Shown piece after piece: positions 25,956-36,293 of a stretch of DNA of 64,000 bases. The notes under the pieces were generated by a model. That model made no database searches. It saw only the letters and a list, made by a program, of their open reading frames with translations, and had not been told where the DNA came from. Made by a program: the position numbers and the translations under genes. The first letter of the stretch is position 1, and every line of letters starts with the position of its first letter. Origin of the DNA: Camelus dromedarius (taxonomy: Eukaryota); contig NC_087436.1 in assembly GCF_036321535.1 (NCBI RefSeq), forward strand, positions 26,104,001-26,168,000, given 5' to 3'.

Positions 25956-28900
25956 TTTGAACTTTGTTTTCCAGTTGATTTGGCATTTCTTCTTTGTTTC
26001 TTTCTTTTCCTTTTCTCTGGATCTATGCATTTAGGAGTATCAGTTATCTACTGTGATCTTGAAGGGCTGTTTTATTTTTTGTTTGTTTGTTTTTATTTAA
26101 GGTGGGAGCATTCCTGTATAGATTGTGTGCATCTAATAGTTTTGTTGCGATGACTGTTCTTAGTATGGATGATTTCTTTCTTCTCTGTGTGTTAGCTATT
26201 ATCCCTTTGATTAGGGGTGTAGTTGGTGTTGTGGTGAACAGAACCTGAACTGTTGTTGTTATTGAACAGGCCTCCTTTATTGTTCTGTGGTTGTCACAGC
26301 CTTGACAGGAACCAGGTCTGCTCCTTTGTTGCTGGAAAAGAGGCTTCTTAACCTGTACCTGAGCTGTGGTTGTAGTAGGCAGGGTTGGAGCAGTTCAGCT
26401 GGTTAAGAAGAGTAGACAGGAGATGTCCACTGGGATGTACCCTCTGTGGTGTTGTCTGTCACTTGTTATGTGGGCTTACAAAGTACTCTTTGTTGATGCT
26501 TCCTTTGTCTTTGCCTCAGCTGTGGGAATGTCAGCTACCTGCTCTGGTGTCCCCCAGGTTCTGAGTACCAGAGACCACCACTGTATATTTGCCAATGCCA
26601 AGCACTAGGACCCACCATAGGGAGCATGCAGTCACATACCTGAATTCTGGTGCACAACAGGGTCAGCACAGACTCTAGCCCTGCCTCCACATATGGTACA
26701 GGAAGCTGGCCTGTTGTAAATACCTGTACTGGCCCCTGTCATGTGCCAGAATTCTACTCACTGCCTATTTGTCCCAGAGGTGTAGGTCCACAAAGGCCCC
26801 AAATAGAGCAGATCCACCCTCTCTGCCTGGGGTTGTAAATAAATCTCAGTCCTGTCTGTGAAGTTGCAGGGCCACTGGATATGGATTCAGCTTTTCAGTT
26901 CTGCCTCCACACAGCAGTGATGTTTGTGACCAAGCCCCACCTCTCCCTTGTGAGAACACACCAACAATGGAGCCAAGAGGAGGAAGCGGCTATGGCATGG
27001 CTATGTTGCATCCTTCCCCTCTGCACACCCGCAGTGTTGCTTTTTATGGGGGTCCCAGGTTGTTCTGCTCTGCACACACCCGCAGCCAGATCTTACACTG
27101 CTCTCCAGTCCCCTGAGGTTGCCTCTGTGCAGTGGGCCGCAGCCTCCTCACTGATAATCCAGCAGCCAAACCCAGCTTGTCCCTGCTGGCTTGCATCTAG
27201 AACTGAGGATTTCAGGGATCCTCCATGTCAATTTCCCTTAGTTCTGTCTGCCAAGTGGCTGCCACTTTCTCCTCCAAGCCTCAGAAGCTCTGCTTCTGTC
27301 CCTGCTGACCTCCGGCTGGAGAGAGGGCGTCCCATGGTGAGGGTGCCTTTCTTTCTATGCTGCTCCCTCCTTGCAAGACCAGTACTGCACCAGTATTTTC
27401 TTTTTTCTCTTACTGTATTTTGTGAGAATCTTCCTGTATTTTGAAGCGAGGAACATTCTGCCAGAGTTCAGTAGGTATTCTGTGCAATTCAGTGGGTTTG
27501 TAGATTTAATTCTTCTTGTATTTGTGGGAGAGGGTGAGTTGTGAGTCTCTCTACTCCGCCATCTTGGCACCTCCCCCCTTTTAAATCTTTTAAAGTTTGC
27601 TTTAAAGATTTTGTTTAATAGATCCATCTTCAGGTCTTTTCCTAAACTATTGCTGTTGATTTAATTTTTTTCCTTTGAATGGGCCATATTTTTCTGTTTC
27701 TTTGTATACCTTGAGAATTTTTGTTGAAAACTAGACTTTTGAATTTAATCATGTGATAACTCTGGAAATTAGATTCTCTCTCTTCCCCACGATTTGCTCT
27801 TGTTTGTTTTTTGTTTTATTTTTTTAATTGTTGATGCTGTCTTTGAACTGATTATCCGCCTGAGGTGTAAATTTAAGGTCTCCACAAGTCTTTTATGAGT
27901 CTGCAGCTTTCCCTAGGTGTGCATGACCACTTTCTAATTTTCCCCATATATAAGATTATTTTTTAATGTCCTAGACATTAATATCTGGTTCCCAAAAGGG
28001 AAGCTTTAAATATCCTAGAGGTTACTTCAACCAGAGCAGGAGGAGCTTGCAGTTATGAAAGAAAGTGGCTATTTGCCTCTTTGTTTGCATGTTTGTGATC
28101 AGGTGCAATTGGCTCAGAGTACAGATCCCCTGTATTTGGAGATCAGGGTCTTTTTTTTTTTTCTGTCCACACTGGCTTCCACAAGTTATGCGTAAGCTGC
28201 TCTTGGGATGCAAGCCCTGTTGCCTTCCATAGGTCTGGGACATAGGGAGAATGTGTAGCTGTTTCTGTGCTAAGAGATGAAGTGGACTGAAATTAACTAC
28301 AGCTTACCCTCTGAGCCTTCCCCTGGAAGGCCTTTCAAGTGTTCAGTAGATTTCAGAGTTCCAAAATATTTACATCGGACAGATTCTACAAATTGTTGTC
28401 TATGTAGGGACACAGATTCTTGGTATTTCCTACTCTGCCATCGTATCAGAATCCCTTACTATATATTATTTTATGTTATAAAGTATATAATTAATATAAT
28501 TAAATTAAACTTTTAGTATATTTAGTAGACTAACCAATTAGCAAGAACTTACATTAGCTAATTGAATTAAGACATAGTGAATACAAAATAAAATATTGAG
28601 TATATGTAGTGAGAAAATGAGTCACTGCTCATAGGAAAATAAGATTAAGACAGAAGATAAAAAGACAGTTTTGAGGTCCTTACAATTTTTATTAAGTTTT
28701 GACCCTACAAAATTTCATTTGGATAGGGGAAAATACAGGCTTTCTTCAAAGATAACTTTATAAAATAATACATTTGGTCAGTACCAAATAACGAACTTTT
28801 CATAAATGTTTTCCTGATGAGTTTTGCTGTTGTTTGGCAATACTACCATTGTTTTAATGGATTTTTTAGTTTAATTGATGTATCATAATACTCATACATT

Positions 28901-29181
28901 GTAGGTAATTATAGTACAATGATATTAGAGGTCAGCAGATTCAATCAAGATATTTTAACTCATTTTTCCAGAACAGAGCTTCCTCCTCCTACCTCTTTTG
29001 ACATACCTAATCATATTCCTCTTTTGATTTGCCCTCAATCCAACTTCTAAATTTTAAATTCTCTCAGAACTCAGTTCTCAGATTCTTTATTCTATTCAAC
29101 TTTACTTATTTCCTGGATGATCTTACCTAATCCCATGGTACTGAATATTCACTATATTTATTACTTATGGCTTAAAATTTC

Positions 29182-29240
29182 ATAGTGACCATATACTTTA
29201 TCATTTTAATAGACACAATTCTTGGAGTGAAAGTAGAAGT
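29182..29240 (+). mobile_element. MER94-like (hAT-Blackjack) fragment
   Basis: gtgaccatatactttatc...ggagtgaaag resembles the MER94 left end. Confidence 0.45.
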
Positions 29241-29311
29241 TTCTGGAAAGAAAAAACACTATTGTCCTAGGATTACCTATTAATTCTCATGGTTTTAAAT
29301 ACCATCTAGAC

Positions 29312-29525
29312 TGGGCTTAACTAACTTCAGCATCAGATGGTAAATTATTTAGGCTGTGTGGGTTATATAGTCTCTGTCACAACTCTGCAACTTTGCCAGT
29401 GTAGTATGAAAGCAGCCGTAGGCAGTATGTTATTTAATTGACATGGCTGTGTTTCAATAAAATTTTATTTATAGAAATAGATGTTGGCTCAGGGTTGGCC
29501 CATGGACCATAGTTTGCCTATCCTA
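29312..29525 (+). mobile_element. MER58A (hAT-Charlie MITE)
   Basis: gtctctgtcacaact...aaagcagcc...tggctgtgtttcaataaaattttattta...catagtttgcc. 8-bp TSD atctagac / atgtatac (NTCTAGAN target). Confidence 0.9.
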
Positions 29526-30239
29526 ATGTATACCATCTAAATACTAATTATTCCCTAATGTGTATCTTTATCTGTGATGACATCTTATAGTACCAGATGC
29601 ATATATCCAACTTTCTACTTGATGTCTCTTCAAAAATATCCAAAATGTAGCTCAAACTTAAAAACATCCAAAGCAGGATACCTGGTATCTACATTACACA
29701 TCTGTGATTCCTCTAGTATTTCCATCACTGTAATTAGCATCACCAGGCACTTAGCTGTTCAAGTCAAAACCCTTGGACTGTGTATGGTTGATCTCCCTCT
29801 TTTTATTACTACCCTCATTCTATCCATCAGTAATTTTTTCTGTCTGTAATTTCTCAAAATATGACCTGAATCTGACAATTGCTCCCTATCTTAATCCCTC
29901 TTTCCTACCACAAAATACAAAGCACCACCATCTCTCTTCCACATTAATGAAATAACTTGCAACTGGTTACCTTACTTGCAGTCGTTTTGCCTTTTAGTGC
30001 ATTTTGCACATGGCAGCTGGGACTTGCTTTTCAAAACATAAATCATATCTTGCTCTTTCCTGACCAAGTAGGTTATACACCCGTAAGAACATCTAGATGC
30101 TTTACTATGGTTCTGTATTAATTTTTCACCTATATAATTTTCTCCAACTCTCTATTTTTATTCTAATTCTGTTCTAGTTCTAGTGGGTTTTTTTGTCTTA
30201 CTTATTGTGCCAAACCTCAGGCACATTGTACTCACTGTT

Positions 30240-30599
30240 GTTTTTTTCTTAAATGAACAAAGTAGAGGTTTTATTAGTAGGTAGGGAAAAACAATTCTGA
30301 GTACCCTTCAAGATTATTCCAGATCCTTCCTAATGAAGTGATACTGTTTGGTTATAGAATATTGCAGGGGTTGGCTTTCCTGAGCCTTTTTTTAAATGCC
30401 ATTAAAGGATTATCTGAAGGACCCATCTTAATTTCTCCCTGTTCATCAAAGGGGTACTTTTGCTTGATCTACCTCAGCAAGACAATGAGAAACATACTGT
30501 CAGTAAGCATATACATGGTTGTCACTTGGAAAGATATGTGCCTGCTATGGATCTGGAGATGTATCTTGTGGAAATTTGGCCCATTTTTTATTCTTTATT
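30240..30599 (-). pseudogene. Polyadenylated retro-insertion; candidate endogenous bornavirus-like nucleoprotein (EBLN) fragment
   Basis: 26-bp flanking duplication (30214-30239 / 30600-30625, 23/26 identical), A tail 30241-30247 and AATAAA 30270-30275 on the minus strand. Frameshifted translation QVTTMYML/QYVSHCL...YPF...IKMGPSDNP..AF..RKANP...KGTQ. Retrocopy structure is fairly secure; viral identity is tentative. Confidence 0.5.
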
Positions 30600-30666
30600 A
30601 CCTCAGGTTCTTTGTACTCACTGTTTCTCCTCAAATAATCAATTTGCTCTGGAATTTTATCAGGTT

Positions 30667-31244
30667 TGTGCAACATTCATGTGGTCCCTAGGTCTACCCT
30701 GAGATTCAATAACTGGCTAGAAGAACTCACAGAACTCAGAATAGCTTTTATCCTTATGGGTATAGTGTATTGCCATGGAAGGATACAGATTAACGTCCTC
30801 AATGGAAAAGATGAATCCAGCAGAGGCCAGGTAGATGAGAGGCAGAGCTTCCAATTGTCCTCTTTCAGTCTAGTCATGTAGACAGCACTAATTTCTCCTA
30901 GGAACAATGTGTGACAATACACATAGAGTGTTGTCAGCCAAGGACGCTTACTCAAGCCTTGGTGTTTAGGAGATTTCACTGGGTGTTGGTCACAGACATG
31001 GACAAACACCTGCATGGCTGACCTCAGTCTCTAGCCCCTCTAGAAACTGAGGTGATATGGTGGCCCAAGAGTCCCACCATAAATCACTTTGTTAACATAG
31101 ACTATCTAGCATAGTCCAAGGTCCCCAGGTAAACAGAGATACTCTTATAAAACAGGATATTCCAAGGGCATAGAGATTACCTCCCAGGAGTTGGGGACAA
31201 AGGGTCAGACCTTTCATTGGTCAGGATTAATCTTTTTCTGCACA
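30667..31244 (-). mobile_element. MER77/MER21-group solo LTR
   Basis: TG...CA termini. Minus strand ctcctgggaggtaatctctatgcccttggaat...tgtttacctggggaccttgg is typical of this group. Confidence 0.85.
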
Positions 31245-31774
31245 GCTTGCTTTCCCATTTCTTCCAAGTCTCTGATCCACATATCTGAAAGCCTTGTAGC
31301 CACATAGTCTATAGCTACTGGCTCTATCCCTCAGCCTTCAACCTGCTGTGTTATTTTTCATCATTTACCAATAAGTGACATGCTAATGTTTTGTTTATTT
31401 TGTAGTGCTTGTCCCCCTAATAGAAGTGAGCTCTGTGAGGGCAGAATTCTGTAAGTCACTACTGCATCCCCCTGGATTAGGTCCTAAAAAGATATTTTCA
31501 ATAAGTGAATTTAAAACAAGTGTAGACTTACTCAATTTAGTGTGCTTAAATATGTATATGTAAAGTATAATCTCTTGAACAAAGTATGATATAGAATTAA
31601 TAATTTATTCTGAGTGGGGGAAAACCAAAATTCTTAATTTTTTTTTTATCTTGGGTTTTTTTTTTTTTTTAATCACATGAGGACTGAAATGTTTAACAGA
31701 TTGTTTCTCATTCAGTATGGGAGATTATCACAATTTGAACCTGTTTAAAAAACATTTTCTGGTGCCCAGTAGCC

Positions 31775-32520
31775 TATAAAACAAAGTTCAAAATCTTTGT
31801 GTGGCATCAAGTTCTCTATATCTAGTCCATCCTGGTCTTCTGATCTTTCTTATGCAGAGACCTCTCAAGCCAAGTCATGGCTTGGTACATTTGATGTGGT
31901 ATTTCCTCTCACCTCTGCCCACATTCCTCTCTTCAGAGGATTTGGTGAATGGACTCTCCAGGCTCAGCTGACATGTAGCTTCCCCTGGAGACTGACCTTA
32001 CTCACTCAGGTATAGTCACGGCTTTGTTCCTCATAACATTTCTAGAATATTAGTAGTTTATTGTTACACTTTTAGTAAAAGTCAAAATCTTTATAATGGC
32101 CAGTAGAACCTTCTGTTATTTTTTATAGTTTCCTTGTCTCCTTCAGACATAGCCTTGACTTCATGCTATTGTCTTAAAGCTTTCCCACTGGTTACTCTCT
32201 GTCTTCAGTGGCCTTCATATGATAGCCAAATGGCCATCGTCTTCATATTCTTTGAAAGTTTGCTTATAAGTCTTCTCAGTGAAGCCTATCATGACCATCA
32301 TATTTAAAACTGCAAATGTCCTCCCTATCTACTTCATGATATATGTATTTTTGTAACATTTATCATTTTATACAAAACAATACAGTTTGACTAATTTTTA
32401 TTATATCCACCCAATTGAATGTAAGTCCCATGAAAGCAAATGTTTTATCTCTTTTTATTATAGATATATACCAAACATCTAGAATAGCGCCTGTTTAATA
32501 CATGTTTATTAACTAAATGA
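31775..32520 (+). mobile_element. L2 3' fragments
   Basis: aaagttcaaaatcttt..., gaatgtaagtcccatgaaagca...ctagaatagcgcctg...taaatgaa. Confidence 0.7.
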
Positions 32521-32527
32521 AAAAATA

Positions 32528-32720
32528 AGTCTTGAGCAAGTTACTTTGCCTCTCCAACCTTTACTTTCTTGTATTTAAAACAGAGGTCATAAGAATTCCT
32601 AAGTGAGAAGGCTGTTGTGGCTAATAAATGAGATTGTGCATGTAAAGCAGTTACCATAGTGCCTATCTCATCATACTATATATTAATAATGTGAAATCCT
32701 ATTGTTAATGGCTTTATTAT
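32528..32720 (+). mobile_element. MIR
   Basis: cttgagcaagttactt...taaatgagattgtgcatgtaaagcagttaccatagtgcct. Confidence 0.8.
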
Positions 32721-32999
32721 TTTCTCAGTTTTTTAAGAGTCAAAAACCTTAAGTCTTAACCATTATGGTTATAGAAATGAAAAAAGAAGTTAAGGAGAAA
32801 AACCCAGAAATATATTTGTAGGTGGAATTCATCATATAGTTGTATATTTTTTAACTTCAGAAAAATTAAAGATTATATTTTACAATATAGAAATAATGTC
32901 TGAAATACTATAAAAACTAGATCAAGGTAATATACATAATTTAGAAAAATATAAATAAATGGTTATCGATAGAGTTAAAAAGAAACTCAGTAATCCCTT

Positions 33000-34380
33000 G
33001 CCCTAACCTTCTGCATGCCCAAATATAATATACTCAGTGAGAGTCTAATTATCCTTGTTTTGAGCTGTTCTGATGCTTACCTTAATGTATCTAACATATA
33101 TGCTTATGCTGCTATTTTTGATTCTTCAACTATAGATATTTGTCCTTGTCTTTGGGCTGTGATAGATGAGCTATTAATTTATTTCTCCATCAACACTCCC
33201 ACTTCTTTACTTTTCCAATTCTTGATATGTTTAGCATTCTAAACTTTTTCAATTTATTATCTCTTAGGTTTTTTTGAAAATACTGAAATTTTTATTTTTT
33301 TAATCTATGTAATCTATGTGAGATCAGCATGTTAGTCCCTCTGTGATTTACATTTTTACTTTAAAGCTAAAAGTATGTATATTCTATCTTGTTAAGTGCA
33401 ATTAAATGCTTTGTACTTTCTCTGTAACTTTATTGATAAAGTTGAAAATTGATAAATACTGGTTTATTATTATGATTGTGTAACTGTTGTTCAATTCAGA
33501 ACCTAGTGTTGGACATAGTTGCGTCTCCTTTTCAGGTTTCAAATGTCACAGCAGCAGTGCCATTTTAAATATTCCTATTGTCAATGCCAAATGTATTTTT
33601 ACTTTTTACATTCTTGTAACTCTTAAAATCATGCTTTATGTTTACATCTTTTTGGACTGTGACTATATTTGGCAAAACTGCAATCAACAACCACCATTTT
33701 CTGATTGAATTTGTTTTGCTTGTTTGCAGAGGAGTGATCTCCTAAAAGTCAATTTACCATATAGTTTTAATTGACAGAATTTCAGTTTGTCCCCATTGAA
33801 ATATTAAAAAAAATCAACTTATCACTGCCCCAGCTCCCTACTGCTGCTTTAGGAGACTAAGTGGGGAAGAGCTCCCTACTGCTGCTTTAGGAGACTAAGT
33901 GGGGTCTTTATGAGAATAAAGACCATAAGAAATATATTGACAATTCTGTTTTTACTTTTATTTTCTGGAGTCAATATGCAAATAATTTCCTGGGGAGGAT
34001 GTTTCTGTGCAAGTCAATGTTCCAGCATTTTGCATTAATGAACATTTTTTTGTCATTTGAAAGCTGACTAATAATTTGATGGGAACTAGAATTCCAGATT
34101 TTATCTCATTTTTATTCTGCTGCTTTGAGACATTGCTCTAGTGTCTCTTAACATCTCCTCTCACTGAAGGAAAAGTATGATGCTAGTCTGATGCTTGTCT
34201 TTTAGAAGGCCATTTGTCTTTTGTTTTATTGTTTTTTGTCTGAAAGAATTTAGAACATTATTTTGTCTTTAATGTGTAATATTCTACAATAGTTTGTCTA
34301 TATGTGATTTTAAAAAGTTATATAGCTTGGTGCTCAATACTCAGTGAGCTGCTTGCCCTCTTATAGGATTATTTTCCTCC
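33000..34380 (-). mobile_element. Very old L1/HAL1-like fragment (ORF1-like end plus 3' region)
   Basis: ctagaattccag...ttgagacattgctctagtgtctc...aagtatgatgctagtctgat resembles the antisense of L1 ORF1. Confidence 0.5.
33832..33904. repeat. Perfect 35-bp direct duplication with 3-nt spacer
   Basis: agctccctactgctgctttaggagactaagtgggg at 33832-33866 and 33870-33904. Confidence 0.97.
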
Positions 34381-35524
34381 TGTGCAGACAGTTTTGTGTC
34401 AAAAGTGGTATTTTAGTTCTCCAAAGGCACTTTTTTGTACTCCCTTCCTCTTTCCTAATTCCCTGTCCTTGCATTAGGAAGTTAGAACTTCTTGACCCTC
34501 TTGAACACCTTGAAATTTTCTAAACATAATTAATCACACACACACATTTCTCCTTATGATAACATTATTTGTCTTTAAAGTTAAATTGATAAGAATGAAG
34601 GAATAAGAAGTCTGACTGGAGAAATGTATGTTAATAGGCAGAACTTGGCAACATATAGCTTTTTCTCTGTGTCAGTTGTTACTGTGTTATAATAAAGAGG
34701 ACTCTACTATGAAATGATTACACACACATAAACTGCTCTATTTGTATCCCGAGAATGTATTTTTAAGGAACATTTTGTGTTATAATCGGAAGACTTCATT
34801 TCCATTCTCCTAGTGGAGTATCTGTACATGCATGTAGGTATATGGATTTATACACATAGGTTTATGAGAGAGAACTAGATTTCAGGACCATATTTTACCC
34901 TTGTTTTCTTTTTAGATTCATCATGAATATTCTAAATTGAAGATCCTTGTTCGTACTTCTTTGTCTATGGATCTCTAGAAGAAAGAGAGTTTCGTGTGTG
35001 TGTGTGTGTGAGAGTGAGAAAAAGATCTGCAGAGAAGGGAATTATTAATACCTTCCTTCAACAGTACTGTTAGTCTTTTCTTTCTAGAACTATTAAAATG
35101 AATTATGAATATTTTTATAGCAAAATTAAACACATAGGTGTCTCATTAGATGGTACAAAAAGATTTTTGAAAATGTATTTTCCAAACAGCTCACATAATT
35201 ATATCTAATGCAAAGAAGAAATTATCTGCCATTTTCCCCCTACAATTGTGTTGAATTGCCAAGAGTGTCTAATTAAACAAAGATCATAGAAACAGCAACA
35301 CCTCAATCCATTATTTATGCAAACATTTGTAGAGCGGAAAATTGTAAATTAACATTATATCAAGCTTTACAAATATTGTCTAACTCATGTTTACAGATAA
35401 GTATTAGGTTTTGTGAGAATATTGTTAGCACATATAATAAAGATCAGAAGATTTACTACTTGGCATGGGAAATAAAAAATGAACCGGCAAGAGTAAGTTA
35501 TTCTTTATAATTATCTTTTTTCAG

Positions 35525-35549
35525 ATTTTCATTAGAAGAAATAGTTCAG
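35525..35549 (+). CDS. Candidate 25-nt internal exon (IFIRRNSS+1 nt, or FSLEEIVQ) of an unidentified gene
   Basis: Acceptor attatcttttttcAG and consensus donor CAG|GTAAGT, in repeat-free flanks. Two of three frames are open. Confidence 0.6.
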
Positions 35550-36293
35550 GTAAGTGCAATTCAAGTTTTAATCTGTGTTAATTAGTTTTAATAACTTTTG
35601 ATAAAAAGTTATTGGAGTATGACTAGTCTGAATTAGCCATATTTCTTTTTGAAATGCACGTTACAGATTATAGTTTAATTTCTGAGTAATAGAATTCTAA
35701 AAATGGTTTTTATATTAATCAGAAGTGTCTTTTGAATATTTTTCTTGGAAACTACTAAAGGAGCTAGACCTGAAAACTATAATTACAGCATAAATATATA
35801 TTTTTGATAGCTGAAATATTTTACTGTTAATTGAAAGGAGTATCATGAAGAAACATCCTATAGTACCTTAAACAATATGCACAATACTCAATCACCCTAC
35901 ATAGAGCTCTAAAGTAACCTGAAATGATAGCTAGTGAACCTTTTGGTAACTCAGCTATTTTTTTTGCGGGGGGGTGGATACCAAATAATAAGGGATACTG
36001 ATTTCTCCTTTCCATGCATTAAGTTAAGATATATGAAGCAATGACCAAAAGATTCAGAAGTCTGAGAGACCAAAATAATTCTAAACATTATGAAAAGTAA
36101 ATCCTCATTTATTTTCTACTCAAGATAAAAATAAGGCATCTGATAGTGCCTATATTGCTTTCTTATTTCTCTCCAAGTAAGCTTTTCCTCGTCTAACTAT
36201 CTTAATAGTGGAAAACTCCCTCCACTATCCTAGAGATGCTCACTAAAGTTCAGTCAGAGTCATTTGCCTTTCAAGACAGAGGTGATTTGGTAC

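Larger units (their letters stand above)
21745..27578 (-). mobile_element. Younger L1 with complete 5' end and ORF2 but no ORF1
   Basis: 5' end GGGGGGAGGTGCCAAGATGGCGGAGTAG (YY1-type motif) at 27578, GC-richer 5' UTR, 3' UTR and T tail at 21745. TSD ttttaaa(ta)tctttt at 21730-21744 and 27579-27591, with a TTTT/AA endonuclease site. Confidence 0.95.
17012..28457 (-). mobile_element. Near full-length old L1 (L1MB-like 3' end), in two pieces 17012-21729 and 27592-28457
   Basis: 3' end tttattgtggtaaaatacatataa. ORF2 remnants (MYRFNVISIKMP, ORF 17874-18131), spacer and ORF1 remnants to 21729. Resumes at 27592 and ends ctactctgccatc (sense GATGGCAGAGTAG). Internal deletion near 17700. Confidence 0.88.
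28980..31510 (+). mobile_element. Fragmented L2 LINE hosting several later insertions
   Basis: catggttttaaataccatcta, ttcaagtcaaaacccttgga, acctcagg..ttgtactcactgtt, and 3' end gtgagctctgtgagggcag...aataagtgaat. Confidence 0.8.

Noticed and set aside
30338..30702. Plus-strand 117-aa and 80-aa ORFs
   Set aside because: Non-ATG starts. They cross the retro-insert, L2 and LTR boundaries, and the insert's poly(A) shows its sense strand is minus.
33832..33904. 35-bp direct repeat as a CRISPR array
   Set aside because: Only two copies, a 3-nt spacer, no cas genes, and mammalian context.
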